Source: Mytilus trossulus (Eukaryota). From it: a DNA stretch of 64,000 bases. Positions 63,562 through 64,000 of the stretch are shown here, piece by piece. The translations under genes and the position numbers were made by a program. The stretch is from NCBI RefSeq assembly GCF_036588685.1, contig NC_086375.1:22506001-22570000 (forward strand), given 5' to 3'. Position 1 is the stretch's first letter. Every line of letters begins with the position of its first letter. Under the pieces are notes generated by a model. The model was not told the DNA's origin. It ran no database searches and saw only the letters and a list, made by a program, of their open reading frames with translations.

Positions 63562-64000
63562 TTTTTATACGACCGCAAAATTTGAAAAAAATTTCGTCGT
63601 ATATTGCTATCACGTTGGCGTCGTCGTCGGCGTCCGAATACTTTTAGTTTTCGCACTCTAACTTAAGTAAAAGAGAAAAGAAATCTATGAAATTTTAACA
63701 CTAGGTTTATGACCACAAAAGGAAGGTTGGTATTGATTTTGGGATTTTTGGACCAAACATTTTAGGAATTAGGGGCCAAAAAGGGCCCAAATAAGCATTT
63801 TCTTGGTTTTCGCACAATAACTTTAGTTTTAGTATATAGAAATCAATGAAATTTAAACACAATGTTTATGACCACAAAAGGAAGGTTGGTATTGATTTTG
63901 GGAGTTGAGGTTCTAACAGTTTAGGAATTAGGGGCCAAAAAGGGACCCAAATAAGCATTTTTCTTGGTTTTCGCACCATAACGTTAGTATAAGTAAATAG
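63562..64000 (+). mobile_element. Helentron-associated element with an internal ~160-bp satellite array (runs off the window)
   Basis: TTTTTATACGAC..GTCGTATA inverted repeat, (GTC/GGC)n microsatellite, then tandem units with TTTTCGCAC anchors (CGCAC at 63652, 63811, 63972). Confidence 0.8.

Overview
AT-rich, intron-containing animal genomic DNA. The repeat families look like a bivalve mollusc, probably Mytilus (inferred from recognition, not proven). The main content is a cluster of six paralogous two-exon genes for orphan 7-TM receptors of the cAMP-receptor-like (Dicty_CAR/GPR157-like) type. All six share one phase-2 intron in ECL2 and an invariant His-rich TM2 motif (HxxDHxH). A four-exon secreted C-type lectin sits inside the cluster; it has ACG where the start ATG should be and lacks its last cysteine. 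The intergenic DNA is densely populated with type I minimal hammerhead ribozyme (retrozyme-like) units of two families. These include a tandem pair with a 354-nt period and a fully canonical copy, and the best-preserved copies lie sense to, and 1.8-2.5 kb downstream of, receptor genes. Other features are an unidentified ~230-nt strongly structured GC-rich RNA-like element, Penelope-like RT fragments, a Tc1 remnant, a LINE remnant, Helentron-associated elements, TTAA-type and hairpin-capped non-autonomous DNA elements, and SINE-like repeats. All coordinates were read by eye; no searches were run.
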